DNA of 27,804 bases, from the IMG/VR virus record IMGVR_UViG_3300049140_000026, positions 1 through 27,804 of that record; one strand, given 5' to 3'. The notes under the pieces were generated by a model. That model did not search any database, was not told the DNA's origin, and worked only from the letters and a program-made list of their open reading frames with translations. The stretch is from a virus. Its lineage: Duplodnaviria; Caudoviricetes. Position numbers and translations under genes: made by a program. This document shows positions 1 through 7,030 of the stretch, one piece after another. Position 1 is the stretch's first letter, and each line of letters opens with the position of its first letter.

Positions 1-241
1 CGTGGCCAACGTCGCCATCGCCCACAACCAGGAGAAGCCGCGCGGCTACAGCTTCGGCGAGCTGGCGAAGATCCTGGGTGTCCGGCGGGAGTCCGTCTAC
101 GAGCGCGCGGTGAAGGGCCGCGCGCTGCTCGCCGAGGCGCGTGCCCGGCTCGGCGTCGTCTCGCTGCGCGAGCGGCGTAAGGCCAAGCTGGAGCGGGCGG
201 GCCTGCCCGACCGGCGCGTGGCCGAGGGCGGCGCGAAGTGA
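1..241 (+). CDS. HTH DNA-binding protein, 3' part (probably truncated by the window edge)
   Basis: GYSFGELAKILGVRRESVYER has a helix-turn-helix pattern. The frame is open from the window start, and its TGA overlaps the next GTG (GTGA). Confidence 0.65.
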   Translation, partial: VANVAIAHNQEKPRGYSFGELAKILGVRRESVYERAVKGRALLAEARARLGVVSLRERRKAKLERAGLPDRRVAEGGAK

Positions 242-846
242 ACCGGGGACGACACCCGCAGTGGTGCGGCTCCGCCGATGACCGATGCGAGCACTCCGCC
301 GAGCTGTGGCGTCACCGCACCGGCACGCGCACGCTCGTCACCGGCTCCGGCGAGATGCTCCAGGCGTGGGGCGAGCAGTACGTCGCCTTCTACTCCGCCA
401 CCACCGCGGAGCCGTCCGTGGTGCTCATGCTGATCGGCGGGAAGGCCGTCCGGCTCACCGGTACGCAGGCCCGCAGGCTCGGCGAGCACCTCGCGGGGCT
501 GGTGGCGCGGGTCCGCAACGTCGAGCTGGTGGCCGCGAAGCCCGGCATCGAGCCGCACCCGACGTGGTGCGCCTGGGCGAAGGCGGCGGACGGGGAAGCC
601 TGCCACGACAGCGCTTTCGTCCGGCACCACCTCAGCGAGATGGATGAGCTCCTGACCAACGGCGGCGAGCTGGTCGAGGTCGAGGGCGGCATGTGGACGT
701 CGGCCTGGTCGTCGTCCGACCCGCTCGTCACCCTCACCCTCGACGGGAAGGGGGTGGACCTCACACCGCCGCAGGCCGCGCAGCTCGCCCGCGACATCGC
801 CGAGCTCGTCGAGCAGCTCAGCGATGAGCAGGCCCGCGCCGCATAG
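238..846 (+). CDS. Hypothetical protein with two tandem HPxWC..H domains (DUF6907-like)
   Basis: Internal duplication: RHPQWC..CEH..VRLTGTQARRLGEHL and PHPTWC..CH..VDLTPPQAAQLARDI. Coupled to the upstream gene by GTGA. Confidence 0.75.
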   Translation: MNRGRHPQWCGSADDRCEHSAELWRHRTGTRTLVTGSGEMLQAWGEQYVAFYSATTAEPSVVLMLIGGKAVRLTGTQARRLGEHLAGLVARVRNVELVAAKPGIEPHPTWCAWAKAADGEACHDSAFVRHHLSEMDELLTNGGELVEVEGGMWTSAWSSSDPLVTLTLDGKGVDLTPPQAAQLARDIAELVEQLSDEQARAA

Positions 847-862
847 GCGCTGAGCGAAACTC

Positions 863-894
863 ACGCCCCGCTGGCCAGGTGGTCAGCGGGGCGT
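863..894 (+). terminator. Stem-loop, probable terminator
   Basis: ACGCCCCGCTGGCC..GGTCAGCGGGGCGT inverted repeat starting 17 nt after the TAG stop. Confidence 0.6.
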
Positions 895-931
895 ACCCTC
901 ACATCACGACAGACGGAGGCGTAACACCCCC

Positions 932-1366
932 ATGAAAGACCGGCGCACACCCTGGCCCGCAGAACTCCTCCAGTGGATCGATCAGCACCTGGACAGCTCT
1001 CAGTCCGCCGTCCCCCAGGAGGTCGCGCAGGAGGCCATACGAACCCCGATGGCCGCCGCGCAAAAGGAGCGGCTCGTCATGCAGATGGCCGAGAAGCTGT
1101 TCCTCGAGCGCACCGTCGAGCGGCAGGAAGCGGTCGCGGCTCAGCTCCCGGCACCGGAGGCCGAGGCGACCGGCGGCACGTTCGTCTGCTCACGATGCGG
1201 CTATGAGCGCCAGGTCGAGTCCATCACGGACGAACACGGGAACCCGGTCTCGGCCGAGGCGTACATGGCCGCGATGGAGACGGCTGGCATGGAGCTGCTC
1301 TGCGACGACTGTGCCCCTGATGCCGACGTGACCGAACTCGGCGCCGAGCGCAGCCGCAGGCGCTGA
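932..1366 (+). CDS. Hypothetical protein with a C-terminal zinc-ribbon-like motif
   Basis: FVCSRCG...LLCDDC (two CxxC). GGAGG lies upstream of the ATG. Confidence 0.7.
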   Translation: MKDRRTPWPAELLQWIDQHLDSSQSAVPQEVAQEAIRTPMAAAQKERLVMQMAEKLFLERTVERQEAVAAQLPAPEAEATGGTFVCSRCGYERQVESITDEHGNPVSAEAYMAAMETAGMELLCDDCAPDADVTELGAERSRRR

Positions 1367-1379
1367 CTGTCCTGAAACA

Positions 1380-1417
1380 TGACGCCCCGTCACCCATCCC
1401 CGGGTGGCGGGGCGTCA
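1380..1417. terminator. Probable bidirectional terminator between convergent gene blocks
   Basis: TGACGCCCCGTCACCC / GGGTGGCGGGGCGTCA 16-bp near-perfect inverted repeat, overlapping the stop codon at 1415-1417. Confidence 0.7.
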
Positions 1418-1759
1418 GCGCGTCAGCCGCGCGTCGGCCAGCTCGGCGTGGGCTGCGGCCTGCCGTAGCGCGGCACTGAACTCTCGCTCCATATGGATGG
1501 TGAGCAGATCGAGCACATCGGCCAGCTCGGCGGCCAGCTCTGGGTCGAGGTCTCGCACCTGCCACGGGCCGGCCCCGCGGCGGCGGGCGATGCGCACGAC
1601 AGGCGGGTACGGGTCCACCTGGCCGATGAACACCTCAAGGGTCGCGCTGCCGAGCTTCCACAGGCCGAGCTGGGCGGCGTGGCCAGGCTTGTCGCCGGGC
1701 AGGTGAGGCGCTCGGCACCATGGGATGTCGCAGCGGGACACCGGTGCGAACTCCATCAC
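1415..1759 (-). CDS. Small CxxPWC..H protein (DUF6907-like)
   Basis: (V)MEFAPVSRCDIPWCRAPH..H..RDLDPELAAELADVLDLL. GGGGAGG RBS; the start overlaps the upstream stop (GTGATG at 1759-1754). Confidence 0.7.
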   Translation of the reverse strand: MMEFAPVSRCDIPWCRAPHLPGDKPGHAAQLGLWKLGSATLEVFIGQVDPYPPVVRIARRRGAGPWQVRDLDPELAAELADVLDLLTIHMEREFSAALRQAAAHAELADARLTR

Positions 1760-2088
1760 GCCTCCCCGTGACGCCGGTTCGCGACACATGATGAGCCGGT
1801 GCACCGAGGCTGCGGCGTGCTGCCGGCCACGCGGCGGGCCCACGGCTCGAACGGGAGAATCCACCAGGCGCACGCCTCGACGAACACCAGCAGCGCGACT
1901 CCGGCCGCGCCGAGCGGCTCCAGTTGGGGGAGTTCGTGCAGGAGGGACCGGCGGCGTTCACGGCACCCGAAGCACATCGCAGTGGGATCGCGGTCGGCGA
2001 GCCGGGCGAGGCGGTGCATGGTGGGCCGGACACTGACGGCGGTGCCGAGCAGCCACAACCATAGGAGCGCGTCGTGGGCGGTGACCAT
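1756..2088 (-). CDS. Small membrane protein with CxxC and Cx4C motifs
   Basis: ATG at 2088 follows a GAGGAG RBS. Two hydrophobic segments (ALLWLWLLGTAVSV; GAAGVALLVFVEACAWWILPF); CFGC and CTGSSC. Confidence 0.65.
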   Translation of the reverse strand: MVTAHDALLWLWLLGTAVSVRPTMHRLARLADRDPTAMCFGCRERRRSLLHELPQLEPLGAAGVALLVFVEACAWWILPFEPWARRVAGSTPQPRCTGSSCVANRRHGEA

Positions 2089-2214
2089 GAGATTCTCCTC
2101 GGGGATCGCGCGGTGAGGGCTTACCGCCCTCGGCGGGCCGGGCCCGTCTCCGCTGCGGCGCCAGGGCACTGTGCGGGCTGGCGGCGCGGAGTACCCGCCG
2201 AGGGTGGCGGATGC

Positions 2215-2260
2215 GCCCCCGCCCGGCACCCCTCCACTTCCTGCGGCGCCGGACGGGGGC
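2215..2260 (-). terminator. GC-rich 16-bp stem-loop after the 207-aa gene
   Basis: Minus strand GCCCCCGUCCGGCGCC pairs with GGUGCCGGGCGGGGGC. Both non-Watson-Crick positions are G-U only on the minus strand. Confidence 0.6.
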
Positions 2261-2265
2261 AGTAC

Positions 2266-2889
2266 CTATGGGTGATCGAATTCGGCCCGCTGTAGGCCAT
2301 CGAGCTGGACGATCAGTTGGGTGGCGAGCGCGAACTCCAGGTTGCGGAAGGCGTCAAGCGGCATCTCGACGGCATGCTGCGCCAGCTTTACCCTTCGCCC
2401 GGCGCCGGGCCGGTACAGGTCCGCCACTACGCCGAACGGCTCGGCGCCCCGGGTGGTGTAGACATGCGATTCGTGGCGCAGCCGGGGACACAGCGCGCGG
2501 GCCACGGGGATGCAGCCCCGGCAGCACGGAGGCACATGCGTGAACTGGAGGCCGCCGCCGGTCGTCCCTGGGGGTTCGGGCATCAGCCACCAGATCCGGC
2601 CGTCGTCAGCCGCCGACCGGCCGCACACCTGGCACAGCATGTGCATCTGGCAGCGGCGCTGCCTCGGGGTGTTGACGAGCTTCCACAGCGGGCGCCCGGT
2701 CTGGGAGATGCCCTGCCGGTGCCACAGCACCCCGTACAGCCAGTCCGTCTCTACCGGATCGACGTGGGACAGTCGCATCCCGTCCGTCGTCCCGGCGTGC
2801 GGCTCCACGGTGAGCTGGTAGGCCAGGGCTTCGCCCTCGTAGGCGGTGACGTACGGCACCGTCAGCCGTGCAGGCGCGACGTTCCTCAT
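2266..2889 (-). CDS. Cys-rich hypothetical protein (putative Zn-binding), 207 aa
   Basis: Start at 2889 overlaps the upstream stop (ATGA). Motifs VPYVTAYEGE, GVLW, RQRRC..LCQVCG and PPCCRGC..CPRL. Confidence 0.75.
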   Translation of the reverse strand: MRNVAPARLTVPYVTAYEGEALAYQLTVEPHAGTTDGMRLSHVDPVETDWLYGVLWHRQGISQTGRPLWKLVNTPRQRRCQMHMLCQVCGRSAADDGRIWWLMPEPPGTTGGGLQFTHVPPCCRGCIPVARALCPRLRHESHVYTTRGAEPFGVVADLYRPGAGRRVKLAQHAVEMPLDAFRNLEFALATQLIVQLDGLQRAEFDHP

Positions 2890-3125
2890 GACGCCACCGC
2901 GCCGGCGTCCGCCATGAACATGGCCAGATTGAGCTCCCCGGCGTTCTCGTTCATAAGCGGCGGGCGCCGGTGCCACGTCTCGCGGCTGGCGCACCACATG
3001 GGCGCAGACCAGAAGCCTCGCTCTCGCCACACCACCCAGCCGGGATGGGCGCGCATGAGCAGTGTGCACATCGCCGCGGCGTTGTCGATGTTGTCGTAGT
3101 AGGCCCGCACCTCTTCCGGCGTCAT
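2886..3125 (-). CDS. Small Trp-rich hypothetical protein
   Basis: HPGWVVWR..WCASR..AGEL pattern; ATGA-coupled at both ends. Confidence 0.7.
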   Translation of the reverse strand: MTPEEVRAYYDNIDNAAAMCTLLMRAHPGWVVWRERGFWSAPMWCASRETWHRRPPLMNENAGELNLAMFMADAGAVAS

Positions 3126-3289
3126 GGCAGATCATCCGCCCGGAACGGCACCACGCCCCGTTTGATGGGCGGTGCGGCCTCACTGCGCTGGGGCCGCACC
3201 GCCCGCGCCGCGCGCCTCCCAGCTCGCGGCGGCACGACGGCGGACGCCTGGGACGGACATTCGCCGCCGTGCCGGTCTGTGAAGTTCAT
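3122..3289 (-). CDS. 55-aa small ORF (not in the ORF track)
   Basis: MNFTDRHGGECPSQ...PFRADDLP. It fills the gap exactly, with ATGA overlaps at 3289-3286 and 3125-3122. Confidence 0.5.
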   Translation of the reverse strand: MNFTDRHGGECPSQASAVVPPRAGRRAARAVRPQRSEAAPPIKRGVVPFRADDLP

Positions 3290-3549
3290 GGCTCACGCCC
3301 CATCAGCCCGAGCTCGATCAGCGTCCAGCCGAGATCCACGGCGTCGGACGGCGAGAGCCGCATGACGGGCATCTGGTCGAGGTCCACGTACACCGTGGCC
3401 CGGTCATCGTTCGGGCCCTGGCGGAGATCGACGAACACCGCGTAGGGCGCGTCACCGTGCAGAGGGTCCGGGTAGATCCCCTGGATTTCGGCGAGGTGGC
3501 GCCGCTCGCCGTCGTGGTCACCGGCACACCACGCCGGGCAGCCGGTCAT
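3286..3549 (-). CDS. DUF6907-like protein (CPxWC..H)
   Basis: MTGCPAWCAGDHDGERRH..MRLSPSDAVDLGWTL; ATGA-coupled. Confidence 0.75.
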   Translation of the reverse strand: MTGCPAWCAGDHDGERRHLAEIQGIYPDPLHGDAPYAVFVDLRQGPNDDRATVYVDLDQMPVMRLSPSDAVDLGWTLIELGLMGREP

Positions 3550-3692
3550 CGGGCGCACCGCCGCGACCTGGTGATCTCGACGGCCAGCCGATGCCGAGTC
3601 GCGTCAGCGTCGGCTGGCCTGCTCGTGGTGGCGCCCGAGACCGGCACCGGGGCGGGCGCTCGCATAGGGGGTTTGGACCCGCGACTGTCCAT
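3546..3692 (-). CDS. 48-aa, probably leaderless small ORF (not in the ORF track)
   Basis: The ATG lies 7 nt downstream of a TAGCGT -10 box. MDSRGSKPP...RSRRCAR; its stop overlaps the next ATG (ATGA). Confidence 0.5.
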   Translation of the reverse strand: MDSRGSKPPMRAPAPVPVSGATTSRPADADATRHRLAVEITRSRRCAR

Positions 3693-3699
3693 GTCCGGC

Positions 3700-3729
3700 A
3701 CGCTACGAACGGTGCTTAGGAACCCTCAA
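3700..3729 (-). promoter_or_regulatory. Putative housekeeping-sigma promoter TTGAGG-N18-TAGCGT
   Basis: -35 at 3729-3724 and -10 at 3705-3700, directly upstream of ATG 3692. Confidence 0.55.
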
Positions 3730-3730
3730 T

Positions 3731-3749
3731 GAGGTTTCCCGAGATTTCT
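3731..3749. repeat. 19-bp direct repeat copy 1 (GAGGTTTCCCGAGATTTCT), putative operator
   Basis: Identical to 5346-5364 and next to the -35 box. Part of the imperfect palindrome GGAACCCTCA-A-TGAGGTTTCC (3719-3739). Confidence 0.85.
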
Positions 3750-4585
3750 TAAAGATCTTGAATGGCGCGGGTAATCAGCGCCTCGGCTTCACCGCCATAG
3801 ACGGCAAGGGCCGCGATCCCGTCGAAGTGCTTCAGGAACAGCGCGATCTCGCGGGGCTGCGTGACGGTGAGTGCAGCGCTGACGGTCTCGGTCGCCACGT
3901 GCCGGTGATCAAAAATCCAGTACCCGGCGTGCGGCCCCAGCTCGTAGTCCGCGGGGCGTGGCACGATGCCGAGGTGGAGCCGGGGCAGCGCGTCCATCTC
4001 GGCGAGGAGGTGCACGAGCTGCTCGTGCATCACGTCACGACCCCCGACCCTGGTGTATAGGGCCTGCTCGGCGAGCACGATGTGAAACTGCCGCTGCCCC
4101 ATCCGGAGGATGGACTGTCGCCCGATGCGGACGGCCACGGCCGCGTCCACGTCGTTCGGGCTCTCGTAGAACGCGGCCACGCGCGAGACGATCATGCGGG
4201 CGTACTCGCGGGTCTGCAGGAAGCCCGGGATGTGGAACGGCTCCCAGATGCGGAAGTGCATGGTCGCCAGGTCGTCAGAGCTGAGGACCTGCTGAACGCG
4301 GCGCTGGCCGCCGCGCATCCGGCGCCGCCACTCCAGATACTGGGCCTCGATGGCGCGGACGGTGGCGATCAGCTCGGGGATCTGGTCCTCGGCTCCGCAC
4401 ACTTGGCACCAGGTGCGGATGTCGTCTTCGCTGGGCGCCTGCCAGCCGTTCTCAAGCTTGGAGACCCTCGGGGGTCTCCATCCCGCCCGCAGGGCAAGCT
4501 CACGCCCGTTGAGCTCCGCATCTCGGCGGATCTCTCGCAGGCGAGAGCCGAGGGCCTCGCGGGCAGGATCGGTAGGCGCAGGCAA
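3749..4585 (-). CDS. XRE-family HTH regulator with a DUF5753-like C-terminal domain (Scr1/WhiJ-like)
   Basis: N-terminal LGSRLREIRRDAELNGRELALRAGW..VSKLENG..PSEDDI; C-terminal IPGFLQTREYAR, R..RQ..L and VMHEQL..L. Confidence 0.9.
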   Translation of the reverse strand: MPAPTDPAREALGSRLREIRRDAELNGRELALRAGWRPPRVSKLENGWQAPSEDDIRTWCQVCGAEDQIPELIATVRAIEAQYLEWRRRMRGGQRRVQQVLSSDDLATMHFRIWEPFHIPGFLQTREYARMIVSRVAAFYESPNDVDAAVAVRIGRQSILRMGQRQFHIVLAEQALYTRVGGRDVMHEQLVHLLAEMDALPRLHLGIVPRPADYELGPHAGYWIFDHRHVATETVSAALTVTQPREIALFLKHFDGIAALAVYGGEAEALITRAIQDL

Positions 4586-4604
4586 CGGTCAGAAAGGGGG
4601 TCGG

Positions 4605-5135
4605 TCAGGCGTTCATGTACTCGGTGTGAATGTAGTCGCTGTGCGGGATGCTCCGCTCCCAGGTCAGATCGCGCGCCGTCCTGCACTGGCGGATGAGCTG
4701 AGCATCGTCCGCCGTGGTGAACAGCCCTGCGCGGCCGTCACCTGGGAAGGTGCTGAGCACGAGCTGGTCGTCGTCGAACAGCCAATAGTCCTCCTCGGGC
4801 AGGTAGATGTCGGCGGCGAGGTGCCGCGGCAGGTAACGGATGTCCTCGCCGGCCGCGACGTTGTCCCCGGCGATGGCCAGTAGCCACCGCGTGTAGGCCG
4901 AGTGCGGGACCGTGACGACGCGAACTCGCTGGATCACACACCCTGCGGCAGCCTGCTCGCGAAGGAAGGATTGCCAGGGGCGGCGCCAGACGTGGTCATC
5001 GTGCTCGCCTGCCTGCCACTTGCGGAAGGGCTCCTCCTCGCTGGCGACGTGGTAGCTGTCGCGGAGCTCCAGGTGGAAGGCGCGCTTGCACACGCTGAAC
5101 CGCCGCTGGAACTCCGCGTCAGGCAGCGGTGCCAT
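4605..5135 (-). CDS. DUF6879-like protein
   Basis: AFHLELRDSY, RVRVVTVPHSAYTRW, AGEDIRYLPR and DYWLFDD motifs; position directly upstream of an XRE-DUF5753 gene. Confidence 0.85.
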   Translation of the reverse strand: MAPLPDAEFQRRFSVCKRAFHLELRDSYHVASEEEPFRKWQAGEHDDHVWRRPWQSFLREQAAAGCVIQRVRVVTVPHSAYTRWLLAIAGDNVAAGEDIRYLPRHLAADIYLPEEDYWLFDDDQLVLSTFPGDGRAGLFTTADDAQLIRQCRTARDLTWERSIPHSDYIHTEYMNA

Positions 5136-5331
5136 CCGTCCCTCCCGGCAGGAAGGTCATGAGCCGCTTGGGGACGCGGATCACCAGCTCGTTCGCCGGC
5201 ACGTTGCCGATGGCGTTCACGTGCTCGGGGTCGGTGACGGTGAAGCCTTGGATGACGTACTCGTCTCCGTCCTCCCACAGCGTCGGTGAGTGGCCGCCGT
5301 CCGTCGCCTTGCCGAGGAACTTCAGACTCAT
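5119..5331 (-). CDS. 70-aa small protein of the DUF6879/XRE cassette
   Basis: LKFLGK..SPTLW..YVIQG..V.DP..E..IRVP..L pattern; GGAGAGG RBS; overlaps the DUF6879-like start. Confidence 0.8.
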   Translation of the reverse strand: MSLKFLGKATDGGHSPTLWEDGDEYVIQGFTVTDPEHVNAIGNVPANELVIRVPKRLMTFLPGGTDGTAA

Positions 5332-5345
5332 CGCGATCCTCTCCA

Positions 5346-5364
5346 GAGGTTTCCCGAGATTTCT
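5346..5364. repeat. 19-bp direct repeat copy 2 (GAGGTTTCCCGAGATTTCT), putative operator
   Basis: Identical to 3731-3749; lies between the -10 box and the RBS of the cassette. Confidence 0.85.
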
Positions 5365-5375
5365 CGAACGACGCG

Positions 5376-5404
5376 ATCGTCCGTCGGCACGTCAGGCCCG
5401 TCAA
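5376..5404 (-). promoter_or_regulatory. Putative promoter TTGACG-N17-GACGAT for the regulatory cassette
   Basis: -35 at 5404-5399 and -10 at 5381-5376, just downstream of the lysis terminator. Confidence 0.45.
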
Positions 5405-5420
5405 GCGAAACGAGAGAAGT

Positions 5421-5452
5421 GCCCCGCCACCTCCCGAAGGAAGTGGCGGGGC
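5421..5452 (-). terminator. Intrinsic terminator after the holin
   Basis: 14-bp stem GCCCCGCCACUUCC / GGAGGUGGCGGGGC with a C(UUCG)G tetraloop, followed by a pyrimidine-rich tail. Confidence 0.8.
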
Positions 5453-5483
5453 TCCCCCAGCACGGGCCCTCACACCCGTGGCT

Positions 5484-5705
5484 CTACTGCGGCGACTCCG
5501 TGCTCAGCCCGAACCGGGCGAGCAGGCCCTGAACCGAGGGCAGCGCCATGACGCGGGCCAGGCCACCGGCCACCGCCAGGGCGCCGGCGACCCACGGCAG
5601 CGCCTCCGAGATGCCGGACGCCTCAACGATCGCGGGCAGCGCCACGGCGACACCGACGCCAGCCTGCAGGATGGTTCGGATGGTTCTCTTGGTCGTGTCC
5701 TTCAC
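5484..5705 (-). CDS. Holin
   Basis: GTG at 5705 after GGAGGAGG. 73 aa with basic N-terminus KRTIRTILQ and two hydrophobic helices, immediately after the endolysin. Confidence 0.75.
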   Translation of the reverse strand: MKDTTKRTIRTILQAGVGVAVALPAIVEASGISEALPWVAGALAVAGGLARVMALPSVQGLLARFGLSTESPQ

Positions 5706-5745
5706 TGTCCCCTCCTCCGGGGTTGGATTCTTGGATCTAGGAAGA

Positions 5746-6537
5746 TCAGGTGAGGGGCTTCTCCCAGGTCGCCCGCCATGTGCGCCCGCCCACGATCCCG
5801 TCCGCCGGGCCGATGGCGAGGCCCTCGGCGAGGCACTCCCGCTGGAACGCCTCGCACACCTCGGCCGAGCGCGGCCCGTAGTCGCCGTCCGGGATGAGAT
5901 CCCAGCCGCGATCACGCATGCGCGCCTGCCAGGCGTAGGCGTCGGAGCCGCGCACGCCCGGCGGATACCGCAGCAGCCGCCCCGGGAAAGCAGGCGCCAG
6001 CGATACGGGCACGCCGTCCTTCATCAGGCGGGCGACCTCGGCGCGGAACGCGGTCATGCTGATGCTGTGCGGGTCCGGCTTGTCGTCGTTTACCTCGCGG
6101 TGCGCCTTGACCCTGCTGGCGGGCAGTCCGAATGCCCGGCACAGCTCGGCGCAGAGCCGCCGGTAGGCGTTGAGCTGGACCTCTGGCCAGGACTGGCGGC
6201 CGTCGTTCTCAGCCTCGATGCCGATCGACGCGCTGTTCGTGTGGCTCGTGCTCGTGCTCGGCGCGTTGTGCCAGGCGCGACCGGCGGCCACGACGTAGAT
6301 GCGGCCCGAGCGCCCGAGACCGAGCTGACTGAGCGGCCCATCGAGTCCGGGCCGGCCGTCGCGCACCACGGCGAGCGAGGGATAGTCGCCGCCCCCGGCC
6401 GGGCCCGCGGTGTGATGGATCACGACCCCGCGGACCTCGGGCTGTGCGCCGTGGCCGCGAGTCTTCCACCCCGCCACCTCGGTCACGGGATAGCCTGTGC
6501 GGCGCGCGATGTCGGCGAGCGTCACCAGGTACGGCAT
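5746..6537 (-). CDS. Endolysin: N-acetylmuramoyl-L-alanine amidase (Amidase_2) plus peptidoglycan-binding domain
   Basis: VIHHTAG, AWH, SIGIEAEN and HREV..KPDP amidase motifs; C-terminal DGDYGPRS..FQ..DGIVGGRTW. Confidence 0.92.
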   Translation of the reverse strand: MPYLVTLADIARRTGYPVTEVAGWKTRGHGAQPEVRGVVIHHTAGPAGGGDYPSLAVVRDGRPGLDGPLSQLGLGRSGRIYVVAAGRAWHNAPSTSTSHTNSASIGIEAENDGRQSWPEVQLNAYRRLCAELCRAFGLPASRVKAHREVNDDKPDPHSISMTAFRAEVARLMKDGVPVSLAPAFPGRLLRYPPGVRGSDAYAWQARMRDRGWDLIPDGDYGPRSAEVCEAFQRECLAEGLAIGPADGIVGGRTWRATWEKPLT

Positions 6538-6546
6538 GCGGGCCTC

Positions 6547-7011
6547 CTACAGGTGGTACGCGATCTTGAATTCGGAGAACGTGAGCTTCACCGACGTGGG
6601 CGCGTTGTGCCGCACCAGGAGGCCGACCGGCGTCCCCGGGTGAACGAACATGCCCCAGGTCTTGGCGATGTACTGGCCGCCGGGTGTTATGGCCCGATCC
6701 TCGGTGCACGTCGAGTCGTAGCCGGTGCTGAGGTCAAGCGGGTCGCGGACGAAGCGGTCGCGCAGCTCGGTGTAGTCGTCGGCCTCCCAGTACATGAGGG
6801 CGTACAGTTCTGCCCACGCGTCATGGGCTGGCCAGATCAGGCCTGAACGCGGGTCCGGGTAGGCGGCAGTGACGCCGTCCGGCTGCAGCGCCTCGTGCAT
6901 GCCGTGGGCGTCGTACGACTCGGTACCGAACGGGAAGCGCACCACGTAGTAGTCGGTGGTCACGGGGATGGTCTGGCTCTCGGCTTTCAGGCTGCACACG
7001 TACGTGGGCAT
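6547..7011 (-). CDS. Hypothetical virion-associated protein, C1q-like pattern
   Basis: QTIP..YYVVRF..ESYD..GMH..SGLIWP beta-rich pattern; GAGGGG RBS. Confidence 0.65.
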   Translation of the reverse strand: MPTYVCSLKAESQTIPVTTDYYVVRFPFGTESYDAHGMHEALQPDGVTAAYPDPRSGLIWPAHDAWAELYALMYWEADDYTELRDRFVRDPLDLSTGYDSTCTEDRAITPGGQYIAKTWGMFVHPGTPVGLLVRHNAPTSVKLTFSEFKIAYHL

Positions 7012-7030
7012 GAGCGCCCCTCTCTGGGGG

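Noticed and set aside
3731-5364. 19-bp repeats as prophage attL/attR or an IS target duplication
   Set aside because: They are only 1.6 kb apart with no integrase, transposase or tRNA between or beside them. Their half-site structure and promoter positions fit operators better.
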